A stretch of DNA of 64,000 nucleotides from Octopus sinensis (Eukaryota), in assembly GCF_006345805.1 (NCBI RefSeq), contig NW_021836126.1:324484-388483 (forward strand), given 5' to 3'. Positions 23,930-38,429 of the stretch are shown in pieces (position 1 is the stretch's first letter; each line of letters opens with the position of its first letter). Both the position numbers and the translations under genes were made by a program. The notes under the pieces are model-generated. The model saw only the letters and a program-made list of their open reading frames with translations, was not told where the DNA came from and did not search any database.

Positions 23930-24650
23930 CTTCTAGAATTGTCTTTACCACATTAGCTGGTGTTTCAAAACTAAATTCGTTTCCTGAAAAATTTGATGTT
24001 ATCATAATTGATGAATGCAGCCAAGTCTCATTAATTTGTAATTATATTTAGGCTTTGGAATCTGCAGGATGGATCGGACTACTATTGTCCAAAAAATGCA
24101 AAATGGCAGGTGATGATTCCCAATTACCTCCGATAATTAAATCATAAAGTAATATTATCGTGGATTAATTCGAATTAGAGCAGAAAGACGGGATTTATCT
24201 GTATCACTAATGGAAAGGGTTTCAATTCTTCACCCACAAAATGTAAATATGTTGACAATTCAATATCTAATGAACGAAACAATTATGAAATTTCCCTCTA
24301 ACGAATTCCATAGTGAAAATCTTATTCCACATTCTACAGTCAAAACGAATCTTCTCTGGTTAGTGAAGATAATTATTACTTTATAGTAAAATTCCAGTTA
24401 TTCGGAAAAAATTTTCTATATTAATTGATACAACAAAATGCAATTATTTTGAAAATAATACACAACAAAGTTCAAAACACAATCCACGTTATATTGTAAT
24501 AATTTTTAAAGACAAGGCCGATATTATAGCCAAGTGTATAAATCGATTCGATGACGCTAGTGTTCTTCAGACAAGAATTGGAGTAAATTCATTTTATTCC
24601 AAACAAATTTAGACAATACAAAATAAACTGAAGACTGTTTGCAATAGATT
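23930..24650 (+). pseudogene. IGHMBP2: IGHMBP2-like SF1 helicase pseudogene fragment
   Basis: FDVIIIDECSQ, AGDDSQLPP, SLMERV, MLTIQYLMNETI, LIDT. 27-30 nt introns and internal stops. Confidence 0.8.
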
Positions 24651-24752
24651 TATTTGCCTGCTAAAAGGCGGATCGAAAATTATGTTTGTCTGACTTAAAC
24701 GCAAATTTGTGTTAGTCCAAAAAATATATTTGATTATTTTTGTCCCTTAACC

Positions 24753-25961
24753 CAGGTGTTCTCAACCGGGGGCGAATCGCCCCCCTAGGGGCGAAAATTT
24801 TGTACAGGGGGGCGATAATTTTGTAGAGGGGGGCGATAATATATTTAATAAAATATTCGAATTTTAATATAATACAAGTATTTATACATGTTAATTTTAA
24901 TAATGTTTCAGATTTATTAATATTTGTTCTATAGTGTTTATCCTTAAATTTTATATTTAGAATAGCACGCTGTTTTTACATTCTTGTTTGGTATCTAAGA
25001 TGTCTTCTCGCTCAAATAAGAAAAGTCGTCATTATCAAAACGAATATTTAAAATATGGGTTTAATATGGCCTAAAGTTGAGCAGAATTAAACCCGACATA
25101 GAATATAGGGTTTTCGGATCAATATAATAACTTTTCGAATCATATAATAATTTTTCGAACCAATATAATAATTTTTCGAACCAATATAATAATTTTTCGA
25201 ACCAATACAATAATTTTTCGAATCAATATAATAATTTTTCAAATCTTCTGAACATTCAATCGAACCAGCGATGGTTCGCCGACAAATAATATCTAATGAT
25301 GTCGTTATTCTTGAATCACTTCAGAATTTGAGCATCTATTCAAATACGTTAACATCTTTCTGTAGAAGGATCCGCAATGTTCACTTGTTATATTTCGTTG
25401 AATTTAGATGTAATTAGGCATCTAAGATCTTTTTCATTCTTGGCTTTACCACGGACTACCAAGTTTTTCTATACTGAAAAACATTTTCCAGTCCACGGTA
25501 GTGATGAATCCTCGCATTATCCATAATAAAAATAGGATTATTTGTCGGCGAACCATCGCTGGTTCGATTGAATGTTCAGAAGATTTGAAAAATTATTATA
25601 TTGATTCGAAAAATTATTATATTGATTCGAAAAATTATTATATTGATTCGAAAAATTATTTATGATTCGAAAAGTTATTATATTGGTTCGAAAAATTATT
25701 ATATTGATCCGAAAACCCTATATTTAGCGAGTAAGCATCAATATCAAGGGTCTCACTAATAATTTTTAATAAAAATTCAATTTTTTACATTTGATTTATT
25801 ATTTTAAATTTTGATTTTTGAGTTATATACAAAAAACAACCAATTAAGGGACAATGCCCAAAAATTTTTGAATTGTATGTGGACAAGGGGGCGATAAAAT
25901 TTCAAAGGGGGCGATAAAATATCTAAGGGGGCGATGAACAAAAAAAGGTTGAGAATGCCTG
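24753..25961 (+). mobile_element. Non-autonomous Buster-type hAT
   Basis: TIRs CAGGTGTTCTCAACC / GGTTGAGAATGCCTG, perfect 8-bp TSD CCTTAACC, GGGGGCGAT repeats, KKSRHYQNEYLKYGF remnant. Confidence 0.95.
25108..25718 (-). mobile_element. Nested IS630/Tc1-like element with ~180-bp TIRs
   Basis: TA-GGGTTTTCGGATC...GATCCGAAAACCC-TA. TIRs contain ~21-bp repeats. Core encodes IFIMDNARIHH and ENVFS. Confidence 0.9.
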
Positions 25962-27569
25962 CCTTAACCGATGTTCTACCAGATAAAGAAATCGATGGTA
26001 TACAAAAAAACAATAAGTTTGTTTTTTTCCAAATTGTAATAAAATTTGTAATTGGTTGGGGAAAATTGGTAATGGGGAATTTGCGGTCAATCTCAACCCG
26101 TATTATATAATAAACAAAAATGCATTTTAAATAAAAATTAATTCACTGATAAGAGAGTAAAAATTAATTTGACTAATTTTCTGTTTGAAAATATTTGACA
26201 AATGAAAAACGTATTTAATTTTTACTAAAATGCATTTATTGAATATATTCTTGATAAAAATTGAATAAAAATCATATAAAATAGGGACTAAAAGTTAGAT
26301 TTAACAACACAAAAATAATGAAGAACAGTGGAACAAAACACCACGTGGTGAATACGTGGAATATTTATTTAAATTACAGACTTTTTCTAAAAAAATTAAA
26401 ATTAAAAACATTATTAATAATGCACTTAAATTATCTATATTAGCTGGGGCATTTTAATATTTTTAAAACTTATGTTAGAATTGATATTCTTTTACGATCA
26501 AAATCAGTAAAGTCTATTTGTTTTAAAACAGGATTAGTAATACAAATAAGACAAAATTTCACTACATAACATTCGTAATTTTCAAAAGTAATTACTACCG
26601 TATTTCCGGAATTACCGTATTTGAAAATTATCCTCAGTTTCAATATTTTCACTTCAAATCAAAGACAAACAAAATCAGGTATGACGATGAATGCAAGAGA
26701 GAATTCATATGTATTGAATGAGTAAAATGTTTAAAAAAGAAAATATTGAAAAAACGAATTTTCCAATATAACTATTTGAAATTTTTTTTGATAAAAAATA
26801 ATAATGTTTTATCTATATAGTCTCGCAAAATTAAGAAACCAAGAATGCACAAACGGCCAATTTCTTTCAAAATTGATGTAGAAATGTCAATATTTATTAT
26901 TCCACAGTCAAAATTGATGCAAAAAATGTCAAAATTGAACTGAAAATGGTATGGTTTTTTCAATAGAGTCGAATATGCTAAATCTATCTCCTCTTCATTT
27001 TTAATCGCATTCTTCAATCTACTTGTTTATCGGACCCCTTTTAAACATTTCCAAGTCTCAAGACTTGTTAGTATTCTATATTTATCAAATTATTGTACGG
27101 TTTGAACTCTTTCTCACTATCTTGGCTATCTTGAATGTATCTATGCTTTTCAACTTCAAAATATATAATCAATATTCCTCACTATTTTCATATCTTTGCA
27201 TAAATTCAGCTAAGATGTTACTCCTTTATTTGTTTTATTCTTTGTTTTTTTTTCTTTTGAATATTAGGAAATGGATGTTCAAAGCAATTTTCTATAGTTC
27301 CAGTCCGTATAATTCATGACATACTTTGTTCTTTCATGCAGAGAAGTATTCAAAATCGAAAAGTGTGTATTCCTAACCCTAACCTTAGACTGAGTATAGT
27401 TTTCATTATATTTTGCGTCCATAGGTTCATCCGTTTGGGTTTCAATAGAAACGCTGCTCTTAAAGATATCTGTTGAAAGACAATCGTTCCAAACTGAGGT
27501 CATGTTTTGGGCTTTTTAGAGACCGTGTAAAATCCGGAATCAGAAGGTGGATTGGCTTTTGTATTTTTG

Positions 27570-27900
27570 TTATTTTTCGCTGAGGGGCAGCCTCCATAAG
27601 TAGCCCAGTGTTCTGATGATCCACAGTTGATGCAGAGTTTCGTGATTCCTTTCGGATTTGGGCATTAGTAACCACAAGCATTTTACTTCTGCTTTACAAA
27701 AACGTGCTATATGCCCGTAGAATTGGCATTTATAACAACGAATCTCTGGCTTACGGAACCATTCTGCAACCATTTTTTCAGATATTTGAAACTCCAGATA
27801 ACAATGGGGAACTTAAATGAATAAAAACTGAGAGATCAAAAAGACAAATTTTTTAATTGGTTTATGAACTGGCCAATTCTCTGCTATCTTCTTGAATAAG
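27570..27900 (-). mobile_element. LINE ORF1 (gag-like) relic
   Basis: CYKCQFYGHIARFC zinc knuckle. Confidence 0.6.
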
Positions 27901-30595
27901 AGAGCCATTTTCAGACTCCATTATTACTATACCAGTAGGTGAGAATCATTTGACATAATATATCGTCATATCCACATATTCATTTAGGAGTGTTCACGCT
28001 TCTGCGTAAACACAGAAGATAAATTAAAGTAGTTTCTTTGAAAAATTATCGATTTTATTCTCTAATTGGCCATTTCTCAAATTTTTTTTACCGTTGAACT
28101 TGATAATCAAAGAATCTGTTATTTAGTATTTCTCAAGGAACCAAAAATGGCCAATTTGAGAGGGTTGAGTGTATACATTTTTTTGAGTTACTTATTCTTT
28201 CTGTTTTCAAAATCGATATTAATGATTTAAAAAAAATATACATTTGATTATTACAAAATCGTTTTCAACAAATTTATGAAATACTGTTTTGAGATTGCTT
28301 CTATTTTTATAGCATTCAGTCCTTACTCTAATTGGTCAATCTGAAATGAGGGATTCGTTTGTTTGTAATTTATGACTTTTTAAATCAACAGTAAGTTCCT
28401 AAATTCGAAGAACTTAATGATTTTTATATTCTTCGTCAGGTCCAGTACTGTGATTGCATCACGACAAAACTCCTCAAAACGACCTATAAAATCCTCAAAT
28501 GGTATCCTTTTAATCATATCAGAATTAACGTTTTTAAACTCCTTAAAAGAGCCACCCAATCTCTCTAATTAGACCTACTCACAACAACCTGAAGTGCCAA
28601 TTCAGCGTGTTCGTACTCAAATGTGCCATTAGTCGTGTCCAAACCACTTTTTTGAGTCAAAGTTGCTGTTATTTGTGACTGTTTTCTGAGATAGTGTAAT
28701 TTATTTTACTCTCGAATAAATTTCTTGTGTTGAAAAGCGTCAAATTTGGGCTTTAAATTACTCTGCATTTCATTGCATAGTTCTCTAGTGGGATTGACAG
28801 GATTTTTGTTACATTAATTCGTCTAATTCATAATCTTAACTCTCTTCTTGGTCGATCTTAGACTGCTGGCAAGTGGGGATATCTGGGAAGTCGAAATCGA
28901 TTAGAATGGCGTTATATTTTTTGAGCTTTTCGTATCTTTTTGTTTGTTGTGGAATTATATTACCTTTTAAATTGTGTGTTTGATACTGTACAGTTGTCAG
29001 GGATGTTCATGATGCCATTGAACAATGGTTCTGCATTATTTATGGCGAAAAATTCTTTATATTTAAATAAATTTGTTTTTATATCATTAATATCATATTT
29101 TTCTTGATTATCCATACACAACAACAAGAACTAAATTAATAAGCGCAAGTTTGTTCTAAATATATTTACTGGTTCTTTATTATTTTTATTATTTACATTA
29201 AAAAACTGTTATTTTAGATTGCAAACCCATTTAATTTTAAAATCTAACAAATTCATAATCTCCATTTTTGTAGAAGGATGGACGGCCAACTAATATTATT
29301 GTATTATAAAAACCATTTTTTGGCATAACTATGTCTCATCACACCTCTCGACCTAAGAAAGGATATGTTTTCTTGACTTGGTGCAGTAACAGCAAAGCAT
29401 ACAAAAATCACTTTTTAAATATTAAAAAAATTAATTTACATATATTCATCTGGCATTGTAAGATGTTTCAAAAATCGACTTTTCTTGGTCCTGTCTACCT
29501 TAAATCACAAATATTAGTCTTTTAGATGTTTTACTGTTTTTTATCTTTCTGTGGGACTTTTAGGCTTCTGTCAAACTGATTTAGATACATTTGGGAAGTT
29601 TTATAGTTCACCTGAAATGACTAAGTGAAAGTTTGACTTTGAAACTGAAACATTAAGGTAATAAAGTTCAACTACCCCATTTCAGATGCCAATTTAAAAA
29701 ACTCAATTATGCTATGCTCAAATATGAGCGAAACCCATAAGTTGAAGGTGGATTCCGAAAATACAATCTCCAAATATTTTGATGCAAACGAGACTCATAA
29801 TTCAGAGATTAATCTGAGTTATTTATCAGAGAAATTAGATGTAAAATTATAAGCAATACTATTGTTTAAGAATAAGTAAATGTTCCTAAACTTGGAAGAC
29901 TGGTTTCTCGGAATATTCTCCTTACATTAATGCCAATTGTTACTAAAAGCCAGCAAAAATGTATTTCAGAATTTGATCCAAAATATATCAAAGTTTATTT
30001 TTTGAGTCCAAAACTAAATAAAAAACTGAAAATTTGAAGATATTTTAAGGATCTGCGGATGACCTGGACAACCTCAAAGAGATTGCACGCAACAGAAAAT
30101 CCTGGTCGAGACAAACGGAGTGAAAGCTCGGAACACGACAAAAGAGAAACTTAAATAACTTTATGTTTTCTCGAAAGTGCTCTTAATAACTAATTAATAC
30201 TTTTGGTGGTTCTTTTTTAATAAACAACACAAATACATTCCATGGAGACTTTCTTGTTTACAGCTTTAGTGCCTACTTATTTAATTTTAAATTTTATTAA
30301 AAAATAGTTTCCGCTCAATCTGTAATTTTGACATAAAAAGAACATAAATAAACAAATTTCTACATCTTCCGCCTATACCATCTTTAGGGCCGAACAAACA
30401 AATTAGTTTAAGTTTTAGAATGATGCCAAATCTATGAAGTTTGAAAAGTCTAACTCTTTATCAGATAGATCGTGAAAAATAAAAAATTTGATAATATCTT
30501 TAACTTTGACCTAAAAATATTTTCAAATTGGGTTTGAGTTCAAAAATTCAAAAATTTTGGTTAAAATTCATTAAGAAAGATATTCATGTCAATCA

Positions 30596-32262
30596 TTATT
30601 TTCTTCCACCGATTGGGTAAGAAGCGCAATGGAAGCTTGTATTCTATCTGAAATATTTAAGTTTGGGTCCTTACTTATGAATTGATAAATCCTTTTTAAT
30701 TTGTGTATTTGAGTTCCGACGAAGTAAACTGGAATGGCAGAAAGTGTGATCAAAAAACCGATTCCTCTTGATAAATAAAAAATACTAAACCTGCCTCGGT
30801 TGGGGCAGCTAGGATGGAGCCAATGATAAGTAAAGTGACGATGATTATGAAAGTAATCGGTAAGACCAGATTAACCTGCATAAAATACTTTCTCTCAAAC
30901 TTTAATGGGTCTCGGCAAATTGGGAGACTTGTAACGCAAATATAGCAGAGCGACAACTGTGGCATCAATGGCAAGCCAGGACATAACTCCACAATAGTTT
31001 AGCAAGAAGACAATGTCGTTATAAAACGTATACAACATTGAAATGATTGCCTAAAACTGATTTTGATCCTTACAGCAAGGACTACTGCGACGATCGGAGT
31101 ATTGAACCGAATATTGACCACGTTGACAATACCAGGCATGTGTCCATGACGAGCGGCGATGAAAAACATTCTCTGACTAAATGGCAATAGAATACCTCGA
31201 AAAAGTGAACATGTTCCCGTTGAGAGCTCCGATGGTTGAGCAGGCGACTCCGACGGAAATAAAGTAGCCAAAATAATGGTGAAATTTATTGCCGAACGAC
31301 TAGAATTGTTACTTGAATTGCACCAGTCCGATTGCATCTGCGTTGATTGCTTCGGATTTGGTAAGCACAGCATAGTAAGAACAAACACAGAGAGTATAGA
31401 CAATCATGCAAAACAGGATAGAAAAAAGAATGCTCTTGGGCATATCCCTAAAAAATGTAAAAATAATTCCTTCTTTTTTAAATTTTTCATTTCCTCGGAA
31501 ACAGTGTTCAAGTATTGCCTAAGAATGCAAAAAATGAATTACCAGCCATAATATGCAAATAGCCCTCCATAATGGGCCACTGCAATCTGTCCTATGTTGC
31601 TGGTGCTTCCTTGAAAACCCGACGCCAACGTGTCCAAACTCCCTAAAAGTGACGGTTAAGAACCACCAGATGCTAGTTTATATATTCCTGCGGATATTAT
31701 GATAAAAATGACAGCAATCTTGATTCCGCTGAAAATATTTTGAAGCACAGTAGAGGCCTTGATACTCAAACAGTTGATGACTGCCACAATAACTGTACAT
31801 ATTGACACCAAATGTACATATGCAGCAATTGGCTAGGAGTATTACGGCGGGCTGGTTAGGGGGACACCCCGAATAAATTGGCTTTAATAAATAAACGGCA
31901 AATGTCAGTGATACGACCGCATTCGTGGCGGGTCGGATTACCATTAACTCAATCCAAATCCTCAAAAAACTGGCAAAAGACCCGAAGGCTTTCATGATGT
32001 ATATGTAGTCACCCCCTGAGCTTGGGATCATGGTCCCTAATTCGACATAGCAAAAGGAGCCAAACAACGAAATCAGACCAGCGTTGACCCATATAATTAA
32101 GGATAACCCAATGCTGTTTGTTTGCCGTAGAATTGATGCTGAGCTTATGAAAATTCCTGATCCAATGATACTTCCAACAAGCAGGGACACCGAGTTGAAC
32201 AGTGACAGTTCTTTCTTTAGTTTATTTCCTGTCTGAAGTGAGCTCTCAGGCGAGTCGAACAT
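30596..32262 (-). CDS. SLC7/LAT-type amino acid transporter with ~9 introns of 23-27 nt
   Basis: GSIIGSGIF, CYVELGT, GGDYIY, GLFAYYGW, GALNG, AARHGHMP, PRPIKV, AIPVYF. Splices in frame, but one intron lacks a GT donor. Confidence 0.8.
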
Positions 32263-32844
32263 TTTTCAATTTTTTTAAATAAATAGTCTTGTTGATATAT
32301 TTTAAATAACCTTTGTCACCAAATTTTACAAAATTATTTTCAATAATTATTAAAAAACCTTGACTCTCGAAAATTTGCAATTTTTGGTTCTTTAAAATTT
32401 TGTGACTAATTTGAAAAATATTTAATTTTCCAACAAGAACATCGCAAATCCGAGAACCGTGGGTGGATAAAGTTTTCTTTCTGTTGGAGTGCAACTGTTG
32501 GCTGGTAGGAAACTCGTGACATTTTATCATGTTTGAAATCTGTATGTGAAGAGATATCCATGACGGCGTAATTTGTCAAACCCAAACGAAGCTACTCGCA
32601 CAGGCAGCCGCTTGAAGTCAAACAACAGATTCTCGACTACTCAGCTGCCTTTAAATACCAAGTTTAATACATAAAAGCAATAATTTTGAAAAAATAAGCA
32701 AAAAATTTGCTAAAATGCCCTAAATTAACACAAAACGTATTTAAGTTTTATTAAAATAAAATTCAATTCCTATTTTTTATTTCTTCCAATAACACTCGAC
32801 TATTTTGGAGATAGAAATAGCAACTTGGCAGTTTAAAAACAACA

Positions 32845-33030
32845 ATGAGGACACCCCAGGGTGATTCCCTCTCCCTTTTACTATTCACCATATACTTTGA
32901 ATCTGTACTCCGCGACCTTTGTAAATTTCATACAGGAGACATAGACGAGACATCTTATGCGCAAGATATGGATGTAAGATTACGGGACGTGACAGCACTC
33001 CAACATCTACTAGAAAATGTCTCTCGTTGA
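32845..33030 (+). mobile_element. Non-LTR RT relic
   Basis: TPQGDSLSLLLFTIY...SYAQD. Confidence 0.7.
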
Positions 33031-33843
33031 TTATCCGCAGTTTCGGGAGGGCCACCAGAACTTGCTATTTCTCCTTATTCCCACAACTCAGGACATATTG
33101 CGATAGTTGGGACGGGGGTGGCAGATGTGACCGATTCAAATTCAGAATCACGGCGTTTTTGAGTAGAAAGTGTCGATACGACTTCCTCCCGACCGTGGCA
33201 GAGGTCAGAATAACCTGGTGGGGGTCTCTGAAATACGTGTTCTTCACTTCTATGATCTTCCTTCTCCTGTGTGGGAGTGCCAGACAAAGATCGGCTTCGT
33301 CGATTGCCCAAATCCTGAAGGATGGGTTGATTTGGATCTTTTGGGAGTGCAAATGGTGGAGTAGAGGCTTGTATGTCGAAATTATTATATTCGGCTTGTA
33401 GTTCGTCAGCAACGACCTTAAATAGGAGACGTGGACATATTCCTGAAATTCCACACTTGTGTCGTCGGAGAGGTTGACTGAGGTCACTTTTTCTGCATAT
33501 TTGCACATTTTCTTGAGGAATTTGTGTGTTTGGTGAGATGTTTCCTTCGTAGGGCACAAAAAAATCCGGATTATGTCATCAGAGTGATACTTTGGCGCGA
33601 TTTGGGTGGCAAACTGTGGAGAGGGTCGATTGGATGATGGGGAGGAGGAATGCGCCTGTCTTTCCTGAGCCAGTGCAGGCTCGAGCCACAATGTCCCTTC
33701 CTTCACCACAAAATGAAATTATCTTTTCTTGGATTGGGGTTGGTTCGGCCCATCCGAGGTCTTCTATTCCCTGTCAATACAACAACCAATTTTGACACTT
33801 TTAATATTCGGAGATCAAGATTAAAATCTGAAAATTTAGGCAT
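33030..33843 (-). pseudogene. DDX56: DDX56/Dbp9-like helicase, N-terminal half
   Basis: PTPIQ, TGSGKTGAF, DEADL, SAT, SHLPPPSQLSQY, then TAG and truncation. Confidence 0.8.
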
Positions 33844-34439
33844 GTGCTGTTATTATTGGCCTAGAGAATTAGGAATACAAAACACAACAAACACGCTGAA
33901 ATATATTTTTATTTGAAATTAACTAAATTTAATATTAACTTTAAACATGAATTTAAAAGTGGTTAAATTTGTTCAAAAATAAGAAAATTAATTGAACAAT
34001 TCTGAAAATTTCCTATCTTGTTTTTTTGAGATATTATTTTTTTTGACACTGTGCAGAGGATTACAAATTAGTGTCGACGAGTTTATTTTATTTGTGATAA
34101 TTAATTTGTTCAAAGTGTTTGTAAATAAAGTATTTGAATTATAGCGGGAAGTTATGAAGGAATCGAGTGGTGTACATTTCGACTGTTTCGAAGAACGGAT
34201 AGCAATGTGCTGGAAAGTAACCCTCGCACTTTATATGATACAATTCACAATTCCCTTTCCAGAGTGTCGGATTGGCCTGTTTTTATTTATGCTTTTATTT
34301 CTCTAATTTCTGTTATTACACAGTTAATTTCTCGACAATAAATTAATGTTTTTATATATGATCTCAACTAGAGGAGAATATCACAGGCAAATGCTAAGAC
34401 AATCCAAAAAACAGTTTGTGTAAACATTTCCAATCACCC

Positions 34440-35040
34440 CAACAGAGCCCTCTCGAATACAGCCATATCCAATACAATGTGAATGTGAATGCGGCCAAAG
34501 TCTGATTCTGGATTATGCCGTGGATCCACGATGGTAGAACATGTCGTTCGGAAGTAAGGATTCCTTTGGGTAAACCTCGAAACTGCCAAAGAAATACAAA
34601 GAAATTTTTACTAGAACGAATCAACGACAAGTCAACCCATTCTGTGCTATTCAAGTGCCTGAGTGTGCCTGCAGTGAATACCATCATCGTGAATCAAGTA
34701 AGAAGACAACTCCCCAATTAGCAAAGCAATTCTATATTGTCGATTTTGTCTATTGAAACATTGGCAATGCAAAGAGATGGGCGTCCAAAGAACAGAAAAA
34801 GATCTGCTAGAAGAAAATGAAAATAAACCGACAATTAAGAGTCTAGAAAATACGGACGTAAATTTGAATCTGGAGGGTGACTAATACAGGGAAATAGCTT
34901 TCCTTTAACTGAGGAATGCTGTATTTACGCTAGACCGAAATTGTTATTCGATCATTGTAAATCAACAAAGAGAACAGCTGACCATCTTACTACAAAATGT
35001 GGCAGAATACACACAAGTTATAATTTCACACGACACAATT
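34440..35040 (+). mobile_element. Two R4-like relics
   Basis: RINDKSTHSVLFKCLS and HCKSTKRTADHLTTKCG match the intact element C-terminus. Confidence 0.55.
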
Positions 35041-35689
35041 AGGAAGACCAAGAAACACAACGCACTCAGGCACGACAATTAAAACTGAAAATAACAGAAT
35101 ATCTCTAAAAGACGAGAATCAGCAACATTAGTTGAAACAGGGATAGTTCAATAATGAGATCCTGTCTTGATGGGACGGAATTGTCTCAAAATAGAAAATG
35201 ATTAAGACACTTCCAGGAGGCTGTCGATGCCAGTTGTCTCGCAAAACTGTACTTTGACGTCTATTCTCAGTTGTGGTTTGTTGGGAAGGTATAGACTGAG
35301 GACATGCACTGAGTTGGACTTGGTAATCGGGGAAAGCACGAGACTGTGTTTGTCGTTGGGGGAACATCAACTTAGAGTGTTCCCCCCTCCCCCACAATCG
35401 ACCGGGCAATCAGGCCATACCACTCCCTCCTCCTCCGACACAACATTCACGGATTCGCTACCCTTCTACGAGTACACTCCACAACCCTCTCCCTACAGGA
35501 AATGTCCGCACGGATGGGGGTTCGTCTCGACAAGGTTGGCCGACTGTCAGGTGGCAGGTCATGTCGATGGCCACCTATCTCCTCTACTGGGGTCTCGCAG
35601 CCCTCATCTTCCCCATCTGTGGCCATTCCATGTACAAAAAGTCGGGCAAATTAAACAAATCGGAGCTCCACGTGATCCAGAATAGGTTC

Positions 35690-36820
35690 AATCGGAAGTT
35701 CCCGAAGTACTCGCTCATATAAATTCTGAACAACAAGAATCTGCGTGCTCACGCCTGCATTGGGGGGACGTCCATCGGGGAGGACATTCGCAAGTTCGGG
35801 GAAGGTGTCCTGTGCTGACCTGCCAGACTTTAAGCCACAAATATACGAGATATACCGGTCTCGAGAGTCAAGCGCTGCATGGAGAGTGGACATGACCAAC
35901 ACGGAATCAGTTTCCGCAGCAAACATGACCGTAGATAGGTGTGTCTGGGCACAAGGATTAGCCCCATTGTCCAACAGTAGAGTGACTGTCTCGGGATGCT
36001 CCCATGATCCATCAGGGCAGGCCGTCCACCCAACTCCACATTCGCCTCCAGTCCTATAAGTCGTTCTGCAATGTCTGAATGCCCGTGTTTGCATGGACAG
36101 AGCCGTCTTTAGGCCACACCCACAGACATCATTAATTCCACTGACCACATCTAAACACAGTCAGTCTGGGTGGACAACCAGGCATCTCCAACAGCACGTC
36201 GATGATCTGATCCGACCGGTACTTGACTGCCTCAATGAGAGCACTATAGCCATTGACAACACTGTGGAGAGTGTATTGCCTGTACTCCATCAATAATTTA
36301 AGCAACTCGACGTTCTTTTCACGAATACTGAGAATGATGGATTCTCATAGGCGTCCTCCTATCAATGGAAAGAGGGCATACGTGAATGGGTGTCCCCTTC
36401 TGCACTGCCCCACACTTGCAAACACACGGCGAGACTACAACTGACCACCCACTCTCCGACGACTTTTCCGGCTTGGGAGGCACTTTGGTGGAGGCTCCAT
36501 ATCGGAGGAGTAGTTGGACGAGTGCTGTGTCGTTCTCCCTGACTGCATACATGGGGAGTAGTGCAAGTCGAATTCGTTCGGATCCGAGTCCTTGCCCAAC
36601 AGTGATCTCGTAGCACTGGCCCGCAGCAATAAGAGCAGTGGCCCCCGAGACTGGAATATGCCTGAAGGAGTACCCAGAGACCGACCAGACGTAGTGAAGC
36701 CATACTCGACCAGCAAGTGGAGGATGGGGAACTGCTGGTTGTGGATTACCTCCACCACGAATGTTGGGTCAGTCTTGAGTTTGGAAATGGAGGGAGGTTG
36801 GTCGCCTTCCAGAATGTTCT
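35690..36820 (-). pseudogene. Decayed ankyrin-repeat gene, possibly ANKHD1/Mask-like
   Basis: LVQLLLRYGA, SALIEAVKY, ANVELG, LLLDNGANP. Frameshifts. Confidence 0.6.
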
Positions 36821-38429
36821 AAATCAATAAAAATGAGTACTTTGAAGAATGTGGTGTATTTACACAAGTCATTGCAGGCACTTTAATGACCAAGGAGGTG
36901 TAGGCACTTTAATGACCCATCTGAATACATTTTCCGTGACTTTTCTCAGACAGACTCCCCTTCGTGACAGTCGATGATAAATCTGGGGGGTATGTAGTGT
37001 TTATTACTCAAATCGAGGAGTGGAATGTGGTACTGTCCTTACTCACTCAACAAATATGTACTTCCCTCTGACTTGACCAACTTTTATCTCTTTTCTGGAC
37101 AGTATCCTCAGTGCCGACGGGGACAATTTATGTCAGTCCAATTGATAAATTGATGGAAATTCAAATTGAGGGGGAAACTACTCATTTAGGTGGAGGGACT
37201 GTGCACTGCCTATGCACTCCACCACTGTCACGGAAATGGGAAAATATGTTTGCTGGTGGATAAGGGTACTCTGTGTTGTCCTTGTTTAGAAAAGGGAGAG
37301 AGTCGGGGATATTTTATTTGATAGGACATTTCGGTGGCATTTCATGTCTGGTTCATTCATGGGGTACTATCGGGGGCTTCTCTCTCGTTTGGGTGTCCAC
37401 AAGTGGTACTACCATTCACGGACTACGGAATGCCACAACTCACCAAGGTATGTTCACCATTCCCCAGTTCTGGCTTAATTTGCTTACTAACATTCCCAGT
37501 CTACAGTTGTAATCAGCTCCCTTATTTTTCGAAATTAAACTTTTTTAATTAATATAGTTTATATGTTTTTTAGTTTTGTTAAATATATGTTTATTTTAAA
37601 CAATAAAATGTCAGAAAGTGTTTGATTTTTGCCGCCTTTTAACCGTCAAAATATTTTGTTGTGTTTCTTTTGATGCTCCAAGAAAATTTGAACTGCAATA
37701 AAATAAAGCAGATTTGTGAAAAGTTGTTAAAGGATGGAGAAAAGTTGACTAAAGAAAGACAACAGACCTTGCTAGAATTGAACAACAAAGTTCGAATCGA
37801 CTTTAATCAGCCATAGGACATGGAAATAAACTGCTACGTCAAGCAAAACGAGCAATTGAAAGAGAGAATACAAGGTTATTCTCACTTGAAGCATCTTCCC
37901 AGGCCAGATATGAATCCTTAGAAACAAAAATGTCAATAAACACTGAGCAATTTGAAAGAATGGAGGATAGGTCGGGTCGAGTGATAATTCCCAGAGTCTA
38001 CAAAGCCCGGGACATGTGCAGTCTACTAGCCCAGCACGTCCACACATCCAGTAGACATTCCTGTTCAGTCGAGGACCACAAAGAACGGTCTCGACTTGAC
38101 CTACAAGCTGTGAAAATGCACAACTCGACTTTCGTTTGGAGGGTCTGACTGTCCAACACGCCGATTCGCTTAATTTAATCAGCAGTTTGGAGTGCTCTCT
38201 TCGCAGCCACCAAAAAACAATCGAAACCACACAAATCGGCATTTCTGGTTGTCGAAATGTATTCACTGAGTGGTAGAACATGTCCTTCCTTTCCTGAGCA
38301 ATGTTGGGAGTGTTGGGTTGGCAGACTCGTTTGATTGTCAACAACGTCTAATACATTCCAATATTGTCTGATTATTTTGTAGACTTCCGTTCAACGAAAG
38401 TCACGGAAATTAATAATTGCTGTCCTTTC

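Noticed and set aside
12431-27019. ~50-bp repeat at 12431-12481 and 26971-27019
   Set aside because: Consistent with two relics of one dispersed element. No further structure.
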